Assembly (NCBI GenBank): GCA_028694155.1
Contig: JAQUTY010000002.1
Location: 160,115-224,114 of the forward strand
Source: Eubacteriales bacterium
GTDB lineage: Bacteria; Bacillota; Clostridia; Christensenellales; CAG-138
Length of the DNA stretch: 64,000 nucleotides
Direction of reading: 5' to 3'
A program made the translations under genes and the position numbers. This document shows positions 36,043 through 47,784 of the stretch, piece after piece. Below the pieces are notes generated by a model, which ran no database searches, was not told the DNA's origin, and saw nothing but the letters and a program-made list of their open reading frames with translations. The number at the start of each line of letters is the position of its first letter. Within the stretch, counting starts at the first letter, position 1.

Positions 36043-37136
36043 TGAGAGTAGTTGGTATTCTTTTGTGCGCAGGCAGCGCAGAACGAATGGGCTTTGACAA
36101 GCTCACAAAGTCTATTGGCGGCAAGACAGCGATTCAAAGAAGTGCGCAGGCATTGATTCGAGGTGGAGTGGACGAGCTGATTTGCGTTGTTTCGGAGTCG
36201 ACCAAGCAGGAGGCAAAGAAGCTGCAGGGCAATGTCAGCATTGTTGACGGAGGAAAAACCAGACAGGAATCGGTCAAAAATGGACTTGCGGCTGCAAGTG
36301 GCGATATTGCGGTAATCCACGATGCGGCACGGTGCTTTGTCAAGCCTGCGCTCGTCAAGGCGACCATCGACAGCGCAATTCGATACGGCAGCGGAGTTGC
36401 CGCACTTCCGGTTACGGATACGATATTGCGTGAGGGCGACAAGCCGGAGCCTGTCAAGCGTGACGGACTTTGGAGAATGCAGACACCGCAGAGCTTCAAC
36501 CTTGAGAAGATTCGAGCCGCATACAAAAACTCAATTCGTGCCACCGATGATGCGACTTTGTATCTTGCCGCAGGGCAGAAGGTTTATTTCGTTGTTGGCA
36601 GCGAGGACAACCGCAAGCTGACCACACTTGCCGACTGGGACTGGGCAAAGGCGAAGTATTCACGCTACGGCACGGGGTTCGACACCCATGCGCTGGTTGA
36701 AAACAGACCCTTGATTATCGGCGGAGTAAACATTCCCTTTGCAAAGGGGCTTATGGGACATTCGGACGCAGATGTTTTGCTTCACGCCATCATGGATGCG
36801 ATGCTAGGAGCTTGTGCGCTTGGCGATATTGGCTCGAATTTCCCCGATAATGATGCTGCATATGAGAATGCGGACAGTCGGGAACTGCTTGTCAGGTGCG
36901 TCAGGATGGTTCAGCAGCACGATAAGTCGATTCAAAACGTGGACGCAACCGTGATTTGCCAAGAGCCAAAGCTCGCACCGTACATCATGGATATGCGACA
37001 GAATATCGCCAAGGACTGCGGACTGCCGTTGGATAGAGTCTCGGTCAAGGCGACCACGACAGAGAAAATGAATGATGAAGGAAAGGGCTTGTGCATTTCG
37101 GCACAGGCGGTAGTATCGGTAACAGACAGAGCATGA
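36042..37136 (+). CDS. ispDF: Bifunctional IspD/IspF (MEP cytidylyltransferase / MEcPP synthase fusion)
   Basis: The N-terminal half [13 protein letters not shown]...VIHDAARCF is IspD-like. The C-terminal half GTGFDTHA...[19 protein letters not shown]...ATTTEKMN is IspF-like. Confidence 0.88.
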   Translation: MRVVGILLCAGSAERMGFDKLTKSIGGKTAIQRSAQALIRGGVDELICVVSESTKQEAKKLQGNVSIVDGGKTRQESVKNGLAAASGDIAVIHDAARCFVKPALVKATIDSAIRYGSGVAALPVTDTILREGDKPEPVKRDGLWRMQTPQSFNLEKIRAAYKNSIRATDDATLYLAAGQKVYFVVGSEDNRKLTTLADWDWAKAKYSRYGTGFDTHALVENRPLIIGGVNIPFAKGLMGHSDADVLLHAIMDAMLGACALGDIGSNFPDNDAAYENADSRELLVRCVRMVQQHDKSIQNVDATVICQEPKLAPYIMDMRQNIAKDCGLPLDRVSVKATTTEKMNDEGKGLCISAQAVVSVTDRA

Positions 37137-39949
37137 AGGACATAGTAATTAAAGGAGCAAGGGAGCATAATCTCAAAAATATAGATTTAGTCGTACCAAG
37201 AAATAAGCTGGTGGTGTTCACGGGCTTGTCAGGCAGCGGAAAGTCAAGCCTTGCGTTTGACACAATATACGCTGAGGGGCAGCGCAGGTACATGGAGAGC
37301 CTGTCCTCATATGCACGGCAATTTCTGGGACAGATGGAAAAGCCTGATGTGGACAGCATTGAGGGGCTGTCGCCTGCAATCTCCATCGATCAAAAGGGTG
37401 CGGGGCATAATCCTCGGTCGACTGTCGGCACGGTAACGGAAATACATGATTACCTGCGCCTGCTTTATGCACGCTGTGGCATACCACACTGCCCAAATTG
37501 CGGACGTGTTATCGAAAAGCAGAGCATAGACGTGGTGGTTGACAGAGTGATGCAGTTGAGCGAGGGAACGAAAATTCTCGTTGTCGCACCATGCGTTCGC
37601 GCACGAAAGGGAGAGCATCAAAAGGTGCTGGACAGGCTCAAATCAGAGGGCTTTGTTCGTGTTCGTGTTGACGGCGAGATACTCGATATTGAGAATGTTC
37701 CTGCGCTTGATAAGAAGCTTAGACATACCATTGATGCGGTCATTGACCGCCTAATTGTCAAAAAAGGAATTGAGGGCAGACTTGCCGATTCGCTTGAAAC
37801 TGCATTTCGTTTGGGCGAAAAGCTTGCAAAGGTAGTTGTGGTGGACGGCGAAGAAACGCTGTACTCGCAAGATTTTGCCTGTCCCGATTGCGGAATTAGT
37901 ATCGAGGAGCTGACGCCTCGTGCGTTTTCCTTCAACAATCCCTTCGGAGCCTGCCCGACCTGTTCGGGTCTTGGAATCCAAATGAAGATTGATCCCCAGC
38001 TTGTCGTTCCCAATCCGGCCCTTTCGCTGTCGGAGGGTGCTATAAGCGTCAACGGCTGGTCGAGCGCATCAAGCGGCACTATGGCAGAGATGTATTTTGA
38101 CGGCATCTGCGCTCACTATGGCGTATCGCAAAGGACTCCCTTTGAGGAGCTGCCAAAGAAGGTTCAGGACGCTATCCTGTATGGAACCGGAAGTACGAAG
38201 ATAACTTTGTCCTATCAAAAGGAATATGGCGGCGGCATCTACAAGGCTCCTTTTGAGGGAGTAATCACCAACATGGAACGGCGATATCGTGAGTCGCAGA
38301 GCGAATGGAGCAAGGCGGATTTGGAGGCGTATATGTCGCACAACCCCTGCCCCGATTGCCACGGAGACAGGCTCAAGCCCACCAGCCTTGCCGTAACGGT
38401 TGGCGGAATGAACATCGCTGAGCTATCAAGGCTTCCTGTCTATAAGGCTCGTGATTTTTTGCGAGCAATGGAGCTTAATGCAACCCACAAAAAGATTGCC
38501 GAGCAGATTTTGCGTGAGCTGGACGCAAGACTGAGCTTTTTGTGCAATGTAGGGCTTGGATACCTCACGCTGGCCCGTGGTGCGGTCACGCTATCCGGAG
38601 GCGAATCGCAGCGCATAAGGCTTGCAACGCAGATTGGCAGCGGACTGGTGGGCGTGCTGTATATTTTGGACGAGCCCAGCATTGGCTTGCACCAAAGGGA
38701 TAACGCAAAGCTGCTAAAGACGCTCAAGGAGCTTAGGGACTTGGGCAATACGCTCATCGTGGTCGAGCATGACGAGGAAACGATGCTAAATGCAGACTAT
38801 ATTGTGGACATTGGACCGGGTCCCGGAGTACATGGGGGACAGGTTATTGCGGCAGGTACTCCACAGGAGGTCATGGCAAATGAGAACTCCCTGACAGGCA
38901 AATATCTTTCAAAGAAGCTAACCATACCCGTTCCCGAAAAACGGAGAGAGGGCAACGGCAAGTTTTTGACGGTGCGTGGCGCAAGAGCGAACAATCTAAA
39001 GAATGTGACCGTGAAGGTTCCTCTGGGCGAGCTGGTGTGCGTTACGGGCGTGAGTGGTTCGGGCAAATCGAGCCTTGTCAATGAGGTGATTAAAAAGTCG
39101 CTTTTAAGAACGCTCAACCGTGCAAGAACCAAGCCTGCCGATCACGATGGAATAGACGGCGTTTGGGAGCTTGACAAAGTTATCGACATCGACCAAAGCC
39201 CCATCGGACGCACGCCACGAAGCAATCCTGCAACGTACACGGGACTGTTCGATATAATCCGAACGCTGTATGCACAGACGCCTGACGCAAAAATTCGTGG
39301 ATATAACGGCGGAAGATTCAGCTTTAATGTTGCAGGCGGACGCTGCGAGCATTGCAAGGGCGATGGCATAATCAAAATAGAAATGCACTTCATGTCGGAC
39401 GTTTACGTTCCCTGCGAGGTCTGCCACGGCAAGCGATATAATCGGGAAACGCTGGAGGTTCACTATCGTGGAAAGAGCATTTTTGACGTTCTGGATATGA
39501 CCGTGGAGGACGCTTTGGAGTTTTTCAAGGCGCAGCCGAAGATAAAAAACAAGCTGCAAACCCTCATGGACGTTGGACTTGGCTACATCAAGCTGGGACA
39601 ACCGTCCACAACGCTGTCGGGCGGCGAAGCACAGAGAATAAAGCTGGCGACCGAGCTGTCAAGACGAGACACGGGGCGCACACTGTACATTTTGGACGAG
39701 CCAACCACGGGCCTGCACTCTGACGATGTGAAGCGACTTTTGTCGATACTCGAACGACTTTGCGAGGGCGGCAACTCAGTCTTGGTGATTGAACATAACC
39801 TAGATGTAATCAAAACTGCGGACTATATAATCGATCTTGGGCCGGAGGGCGGAGACGGCGGCGGTCAAATCATTGCCGTGGGGACGCCCGAACAGGTCGC
39901 AAAGGTGGACGATAGCGCAACGGGACAGTTTTTAAGGAGGCTGCTGTGA
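37133..39949 (+). CDS. uvrA: Excinuclease ABC subunit A
   Basis: [17 protein letters not shown], two ABC modules ([40 protein letters not shown]) and zinc modules ([27 protein letters not shown]). The start forms an ATGA overlap with ispDF. Confidence 0.95.
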   Translation: MKDIVIKGAREHNLKNIDLVVPRNKLVVFTGLSGSGKSSLAFDTIYAEGQRRYMESLSSYARQFLGQMEKPDVDSIEGLSPAISIDQKGAGHNPRSTVGTVTEIHDYLRLLYARCGIPHCPNCGRVIEKQSIDVVVDRVMQLSEGTKILVVAPCVRARKGEHQKVLDRLKSEGFVRVRVDGEILDIENVPALDKKLRHTIDAVIDRLIVKKGIEGRLADSLETAFRLGEKLAKVVVVDGEETLYSQDFACPDCGISIEELTPRAFSFNNPFGACPTCSGLGIQMKIDPQLVVPNPALSLSEGAISVNGWSSASSGTMAEMYFDGICAHYGVSQRTPFEELPKKVQDAILYGTGSTKITLSYQKEYGGGIYKAPFEGVITNMERRYRESQSEWSKADLEAYMSHNPCPDCHGDRLKPTSLAVTVGGMNIAELSRLPVYKARDFLRAMELNATHKKIAEQILRELDARLSFLCNVGLGYLTLARGAVTLSGGESQRIRLATQIGSGLVGVLYILDEPSIGLHQRDNAKLLKTLKELRDLGNTLIVVEHDEETMLNADYIVDIGPGPGVHGGQVIAAGTPQEVMANENSLTGKYLSKKLTIPVPEKRREGNGKFLTVRGARANNLKNVTVKVPLGELVCVTGVSGSGKSSLVNEVIKKSLLRTLNRARTKPADHDGIDGVWELDKVIDIDQSPIGRTPRSNPATYTGLFDIIRTLYAQTPDAKIRGYNGGRFSFNVAGGRCEHCKGDGIIKIEMHFMSDVYVPCEVCHGKRYNRETLEVHYRGKSIFDVLDMTVEDALEFFKAQPKIKNKLQTLMDVGLGYIKLGQPSTTLSGGEAQRIKLATELSRRDTGRTLYILDEPTTGLHSDDVKRLLSILERLCEGGNSVLVIEHNLDVIKTADYIIDLGPEGGDGGGQIIAVGTPEQVAKVDDSATGQFLRRLL

Positions 39950-40695
39950 AAACCATGAGAATTGTGTTGATAGTAGTTGGTGCGTTTTTGGTACTGGATT
40001 CTGCGTTTGCAGCAACTCGCTGCAACATGAATTTGGGCGTCATTCTTCCTGCGATACTTGGACTGCCGTTGCTGTTGCTTGGTGTGTTTTTGCCGCAGGC
40101 ACAACACGGAATACTGATGGTCATAAAGTGGATTCTGGTTGCAGGCTATGGAATTGGGCTGGTTATCTTCATCGTTTGCGGCGTTTTGATGGTTACAGCT
40201 ATTTCGGACAAGGAGAACACCGAGGCTGACGCAGTAATTGTGCTGGGAGCAGCTCTTCATGGGGACAGGGTGACATGGGTGCTGTCCAACAGACTGGATA
40301 CTGCAATAGAGTATTCCCTGCTGCACCCCGATGCCGTGATAGTGGTATCGGGCGGACAGGGCAGCGGCGAAACACGCCCCGAGGCGGACGCCATGGCGGA
40401 TTATCTGGTGGCGCACGGCGTTGACAGCCAGAGGATTCTCATTGAAAACAGGTCAACCAACACCACCGAGAATTTCTTGTACTCGCTGGAGCTTATTGGA
40501 AGTAAGTTGGGTGAGGACGCCACCATTGCCTATATCACAACCGATTTTCATGTCTATCGTGCCGGAAGGGTCGCAAAGTCGCTGGGACTTGAAGCCAAAG
40601 GCATTGCCGCTGACGACGTTTGGTACATACGCATAAACAATTTCATGCGTGAGAGCGTGGGCATAACCATGTATTGGCTGCAGGGAAAAATATAG
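39946..40695 (+). CDS. DUF218 (YdcF/SanA/ElyC-like) membrane-anchored protein
   Basis: N-terminal TM helices are followed by [27 protein letters not shown] and TNTTENF, typical of DUF218. A GTGA overlap joins it to uvrA. Confidence 0.75.
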   Translation: MKTMRIVLIVVGAFLVLDSAFAATRCNMNLGVILPAILGLPLLLLGVFLPQAQHGILMVIKWILVAGYGIGLVIFIVCGVLMVTAISDKENTEADAVIVLGAALHGDRVTWVLSNRLDTAIEYSLLHPDAVIVVSGGQGSGETRPEADAMADYLVAHGVDSQRILIENRSTNTTENFLYSLELIGSKLGEDATIAYITTDFHVYRAGRVAKSLGLEAKGIAADDVWYIRINNFMRESVGITMYWLQGKI

Positions 40696-40711
40696 ATTAG
40701 GGGGAGAGAAA

Positions 40712-41233
40712 ATGCGGCTGTTTATAGCTGTTCCGCTTCAAAAGGACGTTCAAAGGAGCGTGTACGCATACCAGAGCAAAATTGAACAGGTCAGCTCGCA
40801 GGGACGGTTCGTGCCCTTGGGAAATCATCACATTACGTTGCGTTTTCTGGGCCAGAGCGATGCGCTCTATGATATTACCTCCGCCATGCACGAGGCAGTC
40901 AAGGACGCAAGACCGTTTTTGCTGCATCTTGGCGAATATGGATATTTTACTCACGGCGGTGCAAGGACAAGCTATCTCACGGTGACGGGAGAATTGGAGG
41001 AGATGTACCGAATACACACCATCCTCGAAACCGAGCTGTGGGAGCGTGGCTTTGACAAGGGCAAGGGCAGACTCAAACCGCACATTACACTTGCAAGAGG
41101 GGTCGAGCATGGCGACATTGGCGACATACAAATACCCAACGATGGGTTTAGGATTGGCAGCATAGTTTTATGCGAAAGTCAGAACCAAAGAGGGCGGCAG
41201 ATTTACACACCAATACACACCGAGAGCTTCTAG
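40712..41233 (+). CDS. thpR: RNA 2',3'-cyclic phosphodiesterase (2H phosphoesterase, ThpR/LigT)
   Basis: Two HxTx motifs are present, HITLRFLG and HITLARG. Length is 173 aa. Confidence 0.85.
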   Translation: MRLFIAVPLQKDVQRSVYAYQSKIEQVSSQGRFVPLGNHHITLRFLGQSDALYDITSAMHEAVKDARPFLLHLGEYGYFTHGGARTSYLTVTGELEEMYRIHTILETELWERGFDKGKGRLKPHITLARGVEHGDIGDIQIPNDGFRIGSIVLCESQNQRGRQIYTPIHTESF

Positions 41234-41242
41234 GAGGTCAAG

Positions 41243-44200
41243 ATGGGACGGCTATGTATCGTAATGGGGCGTGCAAACACAGGCAAGAGTGAAATTTTGA
41301 TTGAACGGCTGCATCAATGTATGCACCAAGGCGAACACGGTCTGTATATTGTGCCCGAGCAATACACCTTTGAGGCGGAGCGTGCCATTGCATACGCTTT
41401 TTCGGGAATGTTGGGCGTTCAGGTGTTGAGCTTCTCACGCCTTGCCGAACGCATACTATCGCAATCTGGGCGCACGCTGCCGTTTCTGTCCAAGCAGGGG
41501 CGAGCCATGGTCGTGCGCAGAGCCGTGTATCAGAAGCAAAAGGAGCTGATAATGTATTCGGGTGCGGCGCAAAGACCAGATTTTGCAAATAGAATGGATA
41601 TGCTCATCTCGCAGTTTAAGCAGAGTGGCATAGAGCCGCATCAGCTAAAGACTGCGCTTGACAAATTGGATTCCGATTCACTTCTATATCAGAAGCTGCA
41701 CGATATTTACATAATCTATCAAACGAGCGAGAGCTATCTTGCAAGCAGATATTTAACCACAAACGACATTCAAAGGACGGCAAGAGAGAGAATAAAGTAT
41801 TCGTTCGTCAAGGACAGCCATGTGTTTATTGACGGGTTCGACAATCCCTCAAATGAGCTGTATTCGTTCTTTGAGGAGATGTTGGTACACGCAAAGAGCG
41901 TGACAATCACAATGAGACAGGATAAAGAAAGCCATAGGGGACTGTTCGAGCCGGATAGCAGGGCGATGCAGCGGATATGCGAGATTGCGGCGCGAAACGG
42001 AATACCCGTCATGCAACGCATATGTTCAAAGGCAAAGGGCAACACCGCACTTGCTCATCTTGATGACCTGCTGTTTAGCCAATCGTTGGAGGTCTTTGAC
42101 AAGCAGACCGATGAAATACGCATTTTTACCTTGCCGGACAGAAGAGCAGAGGCGGAGCATCTTGCCGACATGGTGCTTGAACGTGCTGCCCAGGGAATAA
42201 GGTTTCGTGACATGGCGGTAATCTGTCCCGACTTGAAGCTGTACGGCTCGTTGGTAAAAAGGGCATTCGCACGGCGCAACATTCCACTTTTCTTTGATGC
42301 AAAAAGACCCATATCAGGACAGGCGGCAACATCATATCTGCTTAACTCAATTCGTGCGGCAACGGGGGGATACTCGGTCAACAACGTGCTGGCGGTGCTC
42401 AAAAGCGGTTATTCCGATGCAGACGAGGGAGATATAGAGATATTTGAGAATTATCTATTGAGATACGGTGTGTATGGAAGCTCCCTTACCGCACCGCTGA
42501 CCTTCGGAGAGGTTCCTGATGAAGCAGAGAGGGTGCGTTTATGCACCATGCAACCGTTGATGCAGTTGCATGAAAATCTCAAGGGGACAGATGCGACAAA
42601 AAAGTCGCAAGCAATTATCGACTACTTGACTCAAACCAAGTTGAATGAGAGACTGACCGCAGAGGCGAATACTCTAATGAGTGAGGGACGGGACGCAGAG
42701 GCACAGGTAATTTTGCAGTTATATCCCACCTTTGAGGAGCTTCTAAATCAGATAGGGCTAATCATGGGCGACAGCCCACTGTCCATGGCGGAGTTCACTG
42801 CGCTCATAGAGGAGGGAGTTGCTGCCTACCAAATCGGCTCTATTCCGTCCAACGCCGACCAGGTGATGCTGGGCGACCTTGAGAGAAGCAAGATAAAGAA
42901 AGTCGATTCGCTGTTTTTAATCGGCTGCAACGAGGGCTTGATACCACGCATACCTGAGACTGGCACGGTTCTAAACGACAGCGAGCTTAAAAAGATGGAC
43001 GCCTGCGGACTTACGGTTTGGTCTGACAGCAAGATGCAGATGCAGAGCGATCGATTGGAGCTATATTCAATTTTGACAAAGGCACGCAACAGGCTGTATC
43101 TGTCCTTTGCGTGTTCTGCGGAGGGCGCACAGCTTTCGCCATCGCCCCTTGTGGAGCGAATAAGAAAATTATTCCCCATGCTTAGGGTGGAAAGCAATCT
43201 TGATGAGCCATCTTCCTTGCCTTCATGCGAACAGACGGGCTTTTCACGGCTGGTATACGAGTTTAGAATGTTTGGACAGGAGGGGACGCACACCCAGCTG
43301 CTGCCGGCACTTGTGGCGGTATACAATAATAGACCCGCATACGCCCAAAAGCTAAGGCAGATATTGGACGGTGAGGCAAGGAAAAACTCACCCTCGCCGC
43401 TGGATTATCAGATTGCCAAGCAGCTATACGGTCAGAACGTGAGAATGAGTGCGAGCAGACTGGAAACATTCAACAAGTGTCCGTTTGAGCATATGGAGAG
43501 CTACGGACTCAAAGCGAAGCCACGCAAGGAGGCGAAGGAGGAAGCTAGCGACATAGGCACCTTGATTCATGACGTGCTGGACTCTTTTGTGCGATATGTG
43601 CAGCAGGAGGGGACGGACTGGCTTGAGATGGATTCCAAACGGTCAGATGACATAGTCGATAAGATTCTTCCTGAATGTATCGCACGGCACAATGACGGTA
43701 TATTCCTTAGCAACGTGCGATTGCGTGAGTCTTTGTTCCTGCTGGAGATACGGATAAAGCTGGCGTGCAGGTCAATTACAAAGCAGGTTCAGCTGGGAGA
43801 ATTTCGACCCGAATGTACGGAAATGAACTTTGGATTGGACTATCCGCCCGTGAAGCTCATCACAGATAATGGGACAGAGGTGGAGCTTAGGGGACTGATT
43901 GACCGAGTTGACAGCGCAAATGTGGAGGGCGACAAGCTGCTAAGGGTGGTAGATTATAAGCTGGGCGCACGGAAGCTGGAGCCGGAGCGCATTCAAAGCG
44001 GAGAAACGTTGCAGCTGCCACTGTATTTGGAGGCTGCAAAGGCGTTGTGCGGTCAAGGCGTTGCGATGTATTATATGCCGTTGGGGCAGCCAATTCCCGA
44101 TGAGGAGCAGGTCGAGGACGATATTCACAAGCTGTACGGCGTCACAGCAGACGATTCTGCGGTAGCCACTGCCACGGAGAAGGAATCTTCGGACAGGTCG

Positions 44201-44476
44201 GCATACATAAAGGGAGTAAAATACAAGGACGGCAAGGCGGTGGGAGCGACCTGTTCGCGCGCGGAGCTTGAAGCGATTGTCACGCTTGCAAAGCGTGTTG
44301 CATGCAAGACGATTGAGCGAATGTATGCAGGTGAAGCGGAGGTATTCCCAACGGCGAACTCGTGTGATTATTGCGATTTTCGGAGTGTGTGCCGCTTTGA
44401 CAAGCAGCTTGGAAATAAAGTGAGAAGCATACCCAAAAGGAGCATCAAGGAGCTTGGAGAGGGGGTGCTGCTATGA
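41243..44476 (+). CDS. addB: Helicase-exonuclease AddAB, subunit B
   Basis: N-terminal GRANTGKS. The C-terminal RecB-type nuclease carries the Fe-S cysteine cluster (FNKCPFEH ... CDYCDFRSVC). The gene lies upstream of and overlaps addA. Confidence 0.9.
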   Translation: MGRLCIVMGRANTGKSEILIERLHQCMHQGEHGLYIVPEQYTFEAERAIAYAFSGMLGVQVLSFSRLAERILSQSGRTLPFLSKQGRAMVVRRAVYQKQKELIMYSGAAQRPDFANRMDMLISQFKQSGIEPHQLKTALDKLDSDSLLYQKLHDIYIIYQTSESYLASRYLTTNDIQRTARERIKYSFVKDSHVFIDGFDNPSNELYSFFEEMLVHAKSVTITMRQDKESHRGLFEPDSRAMQRICEIAARNGIPVMQRICSKAKGNTALAHLDDLLFSQSLEVFDKQTDEIRIFTLPDRRAEAEHLADMVLERAAQGIRFRDMAVICPDLKLYGSLVKRAFARRNIPLFFDAKRPISGQAATSYLLNSIRAATGGYSVNNVLAVLKSGYSDADEGDIEIFENYLLRYGVYGSSLTAPLTFGEVPDEAERVRLCTMQPLMQLHENLKGTDATKKSQAIIDYLTQTKLNERLTAEANTLMSEGRDAEAQVILQLYPTFEELLNQIGLIMGDSPLSMAEFTALIEEGVAAYQIGSIPSNADQVMLGDLERSKIKKVDSLFLIGCNEGLIPRIPETGTVLNDSELKKMDACGLTVWSDSKMQMQSDRLELYSILTKARNRLYLSFACSAEGAQLSPSPLVERIRKLFPMLRVESNLDEPSSLPSCEQTGFSRLVYEFRMFGQEGTHTQLLPALVAVYNNRPAYAQKLRQILDGEARKNSPSPLDYQIAKQLYGQNVRMSASRLETFNKCPFEHMESYGLKAKPRKEAKEEASDIGTLIHDVLDSFVRYVQQEGTDWLEMDSKRSDDIVDKILPECIARHNDGIFLSNVRLRESLFLLEIRIKLACRSITKQVQLGEFRPECTEMNFGLDYPPVKLITDNGTEVELRGLIDRVDSANVEGDKLLRVVDYKLGARKLEPERIQSGETLQLPLYLEAAKALCGQGVAMYYMPLGQPIPDEEQVEDDIHKLYGVTADDSAVATATEKESSDRSAYIKGVKYKDGKAVGATCSRAELEAIVTLAKRVACKTIERMYAGEAEVFPTANSCDYCDFRSVCRFDKQLGNKVRSIPKRSIKELGEGVLL

Positions 44477-47400
44477 ATTGGACAGAGGCGCAGAGCCAAG
44501 CAATCGAACTAAACGGAGAGGGGATAGTGTCGGCGGCAGCAGGAGCAGGAAAGACTGCGGTGCTGACGGCTCGTGTTGTGCGGCTATGCAAAGAGGGAAT
44601 GTCGCTTGACAATATGCTTGTGCTGACCTTCACGCGCGCAGCCGCGTCCGAGATGAAAGGGCGCATTGCATCTGCGCTTCAAAAGGCGGCCCAGACGGAG
44701 CCTGACAAGGAAATAAAAGATTTTCTCTATGAACAGGCGGACAGCATTTCCGGCGCAAACATATCCACAATACACTCGTTTTGCAAGCGCATAATCACAC
44801 GGCACTTTCACAGCGAGGATATTTCTCCATCGGACAGGACGATGGACGAGACTGAAAGTGCAGTTTTGAAGCGTGAGGCAATGGACAGGTCGCTGCTGGT
44901 GTTTGCCATGGAGAAAGCAGACCAGTACAAGCTCATTGTGGGCGCATTCGACAGCGAGGCGGCGGCTTCTGCTGCAACCATGAAGCTCCGTGAGTTTTTG
45001 ACGGCGCAGGCAGATGCGGAAGGGTGGCTAGACAGAGCGATTGAACGCCTTGACACTATTTCGGGCACAGAGCAGGATATGGAGCATCTGCGGCGTTTGC
45101 TGCAGGAGGAGCTTAGATATGCGGTCGATGATATGCAGCTTGAATTTTTTAAGCATCGCTACGGCGGCAACAATCCGCTGCCATATTATCAGCTCAAAAC
45201 AACCCTCAAGGAGACTCTAAACGAGAATGAACCGCACATTATACAGCTTGACAATGAGATGTCAAGACTTCGTGCAACGCTCATTCAGCCAACGTGGAAT
45301 GCCTATTCAGAGGCGTTGAGCAGCATATCCTTTAGCACCCTGCGTTTTCCAAAGGGCACGGCGGACGAGGATAAAAAACCACTTCAGGACGCAAGAAAAA
45401 ATGTCAAAGACCACATTGCCAATCAGCAGGATCTGCTGGCGCAGTCCTATTCGGATATAGCAAGACTGCAAAAACAGTCGGCAGAGATACTAAAGGCGAT
45501 GAGGTTGCTGCTTGTGCTGTTTGAGACGGTATATTCGGATCTCAAAAAGCAAAAATCGGCCATGGACTATTCCGACTTGGAGCATCTTGCGCTAAAGGCG
45601 TTGAAGGACGAGCGTGTAAAAAGCGAGTATCGCCAACAGATTAAAGCGATAATCGTTGACGAGTATCAGGACAGCAACCGTGTTCAGGAGGCAATTTTGC
45701 AGGCGGTCAGTTCGGGTAACAACATCTTTTTGGTAGGAGATGTAAAGCAGTCCATTTACGGATTCCGACTTGCCGAGCCGACCCTATTTTTGGAAAAATG
45801 CGGGACTTATCCTAGAATTAACCTGTCGCATAACTTTAGAAGCAGCAACGAGGTGCTGGATTTGGTCAATCACATTTTTGCAAAGCTGATGAGAAAGCCG
45901 CTATCGTCCGTTGACTATGATGACGATGCCATGCTCAAAGCCGGCTGCGAGCAACAGACGGGCAATGTTGAGCTTCATGTGATAGAGAGAAACAGTTCGG
46001 ACGATGAAGAGGATATTGAGGACAGCGAGTGCCAAGCACGTTTGGTTGCCCAGCAGATAAAGCTGAAAATGATTGACGGTCGGTATAAGTATTCCGACTT
46101 TGTGATTCTGATGCGCACCATTGGCGATGCAAGGCTGTGGGCGCAGACGCTTGCGCTCAACGGCATACCCTGCTATGCACAGACCTCAGGCGGATATTTC
46201 GATTCAATCGAGGTCATGGTGGTGCTCAACGTGCTGCGCCTGATAGACAACAGACGGCAGGACATACCCCTTCTGTCGGTTATGCGTTCGTCATTTATCG
46301 GCTACACGGACGAGCAGATTGCTATGCTGAGGATTGCCTGTCCCAAGGGCGATATTCTGGATTGCGTGCTTTCCGCCGTTGAGAGGGGAGACGAGCAGGC
46401 AAAGGGGTTTTTGGACTTTATTGCTCATTGGCAAAAGGAGAGCCGAGTGAACTCTTTGGAGGATCTCATTGCGATGTTGCTCGAACAAACGGCGTTTTAC
46501 GACCAGATGGGGGCTGTGCAAGGGGGCGGACAGCGGCAGGCGAACCTCGATGCGCTTATCGACAAGGCGTCGGCGTTCGAGGCACTGGGCGACAGCAACA
46601 TTCATAGCTTTTTAACCTATATGGACGATGTGAAGGCAAATGCCAAGATGGGGGCAACCCAAATGGCACAGGCGAACGTGGTGAGCCTGCTCACCATACA
46701 CAAGTCAAAGGGACTGGAGTACCCCGTTGTATTCATTGGAAACACGGAAAGACGCTTTACGACACGAGATCTTAGCGAACCGCTGCAGTTGCACGGACGC
46801 TACGGTGCGGCATTGCGGTTTGTTGACACGTCATGCCGAGTAAGGCGTGACACGCTAAAACACAACATACTGCGCAGGGAACTTAGGCGAGAATCGATGC
46901 AAGAGGAGATGCGTGTGCTGTATGTTGCACTGACCAGGGCAAAGCGAGAGCTAATAATGGTCGGCAGTCTCAAAAATGCCGAGGACAAAATAATTAAACA
47001 TTCTGTTGCATCGCTGGGGCGGTTGAGCAATGCCAAGAGCTTTCTTGAATGGCTGCTTATGACAACGGCGGACTACATACCTGCACAACTGCATAGCAAA
47101 ACGGAGTTCGCCTCCAATTCCGATACGCCTTTGACAGCGGAATTGACCGCAGATAAATCGCTTGTCGAACGGATTAACGCCAAGTTTGAGTGGAGATACC
47201 CCTATATCGAAGCGTTGGGCATACCGCAAAAGACCTCCATCACCGCACTGACTAGGGATAGCAAACCGCAGGTTGTTCCCCAATCGCTGATTGCGGCGGA
47301 GGGCGATGCACTTCAAAGAGGTACGGCTACGCACACACTTTTGCAGCGAGCGGGAGTACAGAGCCTCGATTTGGCAAAGCTGCGGGACATTGCCAATAAC

Positions 47401-47784
47401 GATGAGACGATGAAGGGCGCATTGGTGGAGGACGTGGCATGGTTTTTGCAGTCCCAGCTTGCCGAGCGCATGAGAAAATCCAAACGTTGCGAGATAGAAT
47501 TGCCCTTCTGCTATGCTGCCGACACCGAGCGACTCTTGGGGATAAAGAGCAACGAGCGAGTGCTTTTGCAGGGCGTGATTGATGCGTGCTTTGTGGAGGA
47601 CGGCGGTTGGGTGCTGCTGGATTACAAGACGGATTATGTTGGAAACGGCGATGCAAACGAGGCGGCACAGAAGCATCGCAAGCAGATTGATGCCTATTGC
47701 GACGCTCTTTTGATGCTGTCAAAAATGCCTGTAAAGGAACGCTATGCGGTGATGCTGCGAGCGCATGAGGCGGTGAGGCTATGA
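44473..47784 (+). CDS. addA: Helicase-exonuclease AddAB, subunit A
   Basis: UvrD-type motifs AAAGAGKT, DEYQDSN, VGDVKQSIYGFR and YVALTRAK. The C-terminal nuclease motif is GVIDACF..LLDYKTD. Confidence 0.93.
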   Translation: MNWTEAQSQAIELNGEGIVSAAAGAGKTAVLTARVVRLCKEGMSLDNMLVLTFTRAAASEMKGRIASALQKAAQTEPDKEIKDFLYEQADSISGANISTIHSFCKRIITRHFHSEDISPSDRTMDETESAVLKREAMDRSLLVFAMEKADQYKLIVGAFDSEAAASAATMKLREFLTAQADAEGWLDRAIERLDTISGTEQDMEHLRRLLQEELRYAVDDMQLEFFKHRYGGNNPLPYYQLKTTLKETLNENEPHIIQLDNEMSRLRATLIQPTWNAYSEALSSISFSTLRFPKGTADEDKKPLQDARKNVKDHIANQQDLLAQSYSDIARLQKQSAEILKAMRLLLVLFETVYSDLKKQKSAMDYSDLEHLALKALKDERVKSEYRQQIKAIIVDEYQDSNRVQEAILQAVSSGNNIFLVGDVKQSIYGFRLAEPTLFLEKCGTYPRINLSHNFRSSNEVLDLVNHIFAKLMRKPLSSVDYDDDAMLKAGCEQQTGNVELHVIERNSSDDEEDIEDSECQARLVAQQIKLKMIDGRYKYSDFVILMRTIGDARLWAQTLALNGIPCYAQTSGGYFDSIEVMVVLNVLRLIDNRRQDIPLLSVMRSSFIGYTDEQIAMLRIACPKGDILDCVLSAVERGDEQAKGFLDFIAHWQKESRVNSLEDLIAMLLEQTAFYDQMGAVQGGGQRQANLDALIDKASAFEALGDSNIHSFLTYMDDVKANAKMGATQMAQANVVSLLTIHKSKGLEYPVVFIGNTERRFTTRDLSEPLQLHGRYGAALRFVDTSCRVRRDTLKHNILRRELRRESMQEEMRVLYVALTRAKRELIMVGSLKNAEDKIIKHSVASLGRLSNAKSFLEWLLMTTADYIPAQLHSKTEFASNSDTPLTAELTADKSLVERINAKFEWRYPYIEALGIPQKTSITALTRDSKPQVVPQSLIAAEGDALQRGTATHTLLQRAGVQSLDLAKLRDIANNDETMKGALVEDVAWFLQSQLAERMRKSKRCEIELPFCYAADTERLLGIKSNERVLLQGVIDACFVEDGGWVLLDYKTDYVGNGDANEAAQKHRKQIDAYCDALLMLSKMPVKERYAVMLRAHEAVRL

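Noticed and set aside
39946-41233. The DUF218 plus 2H-phosphoesterase pair between uvrA and addB, considered as a possible toxin-antitoxin or defence module.
   Set aside because: Both families are common housekeeping-type proteins. There is no nuclease/NTPase/sensor architecture typical of defence systems, no compositional break, and the genes are translationally coupled to core repair genes.
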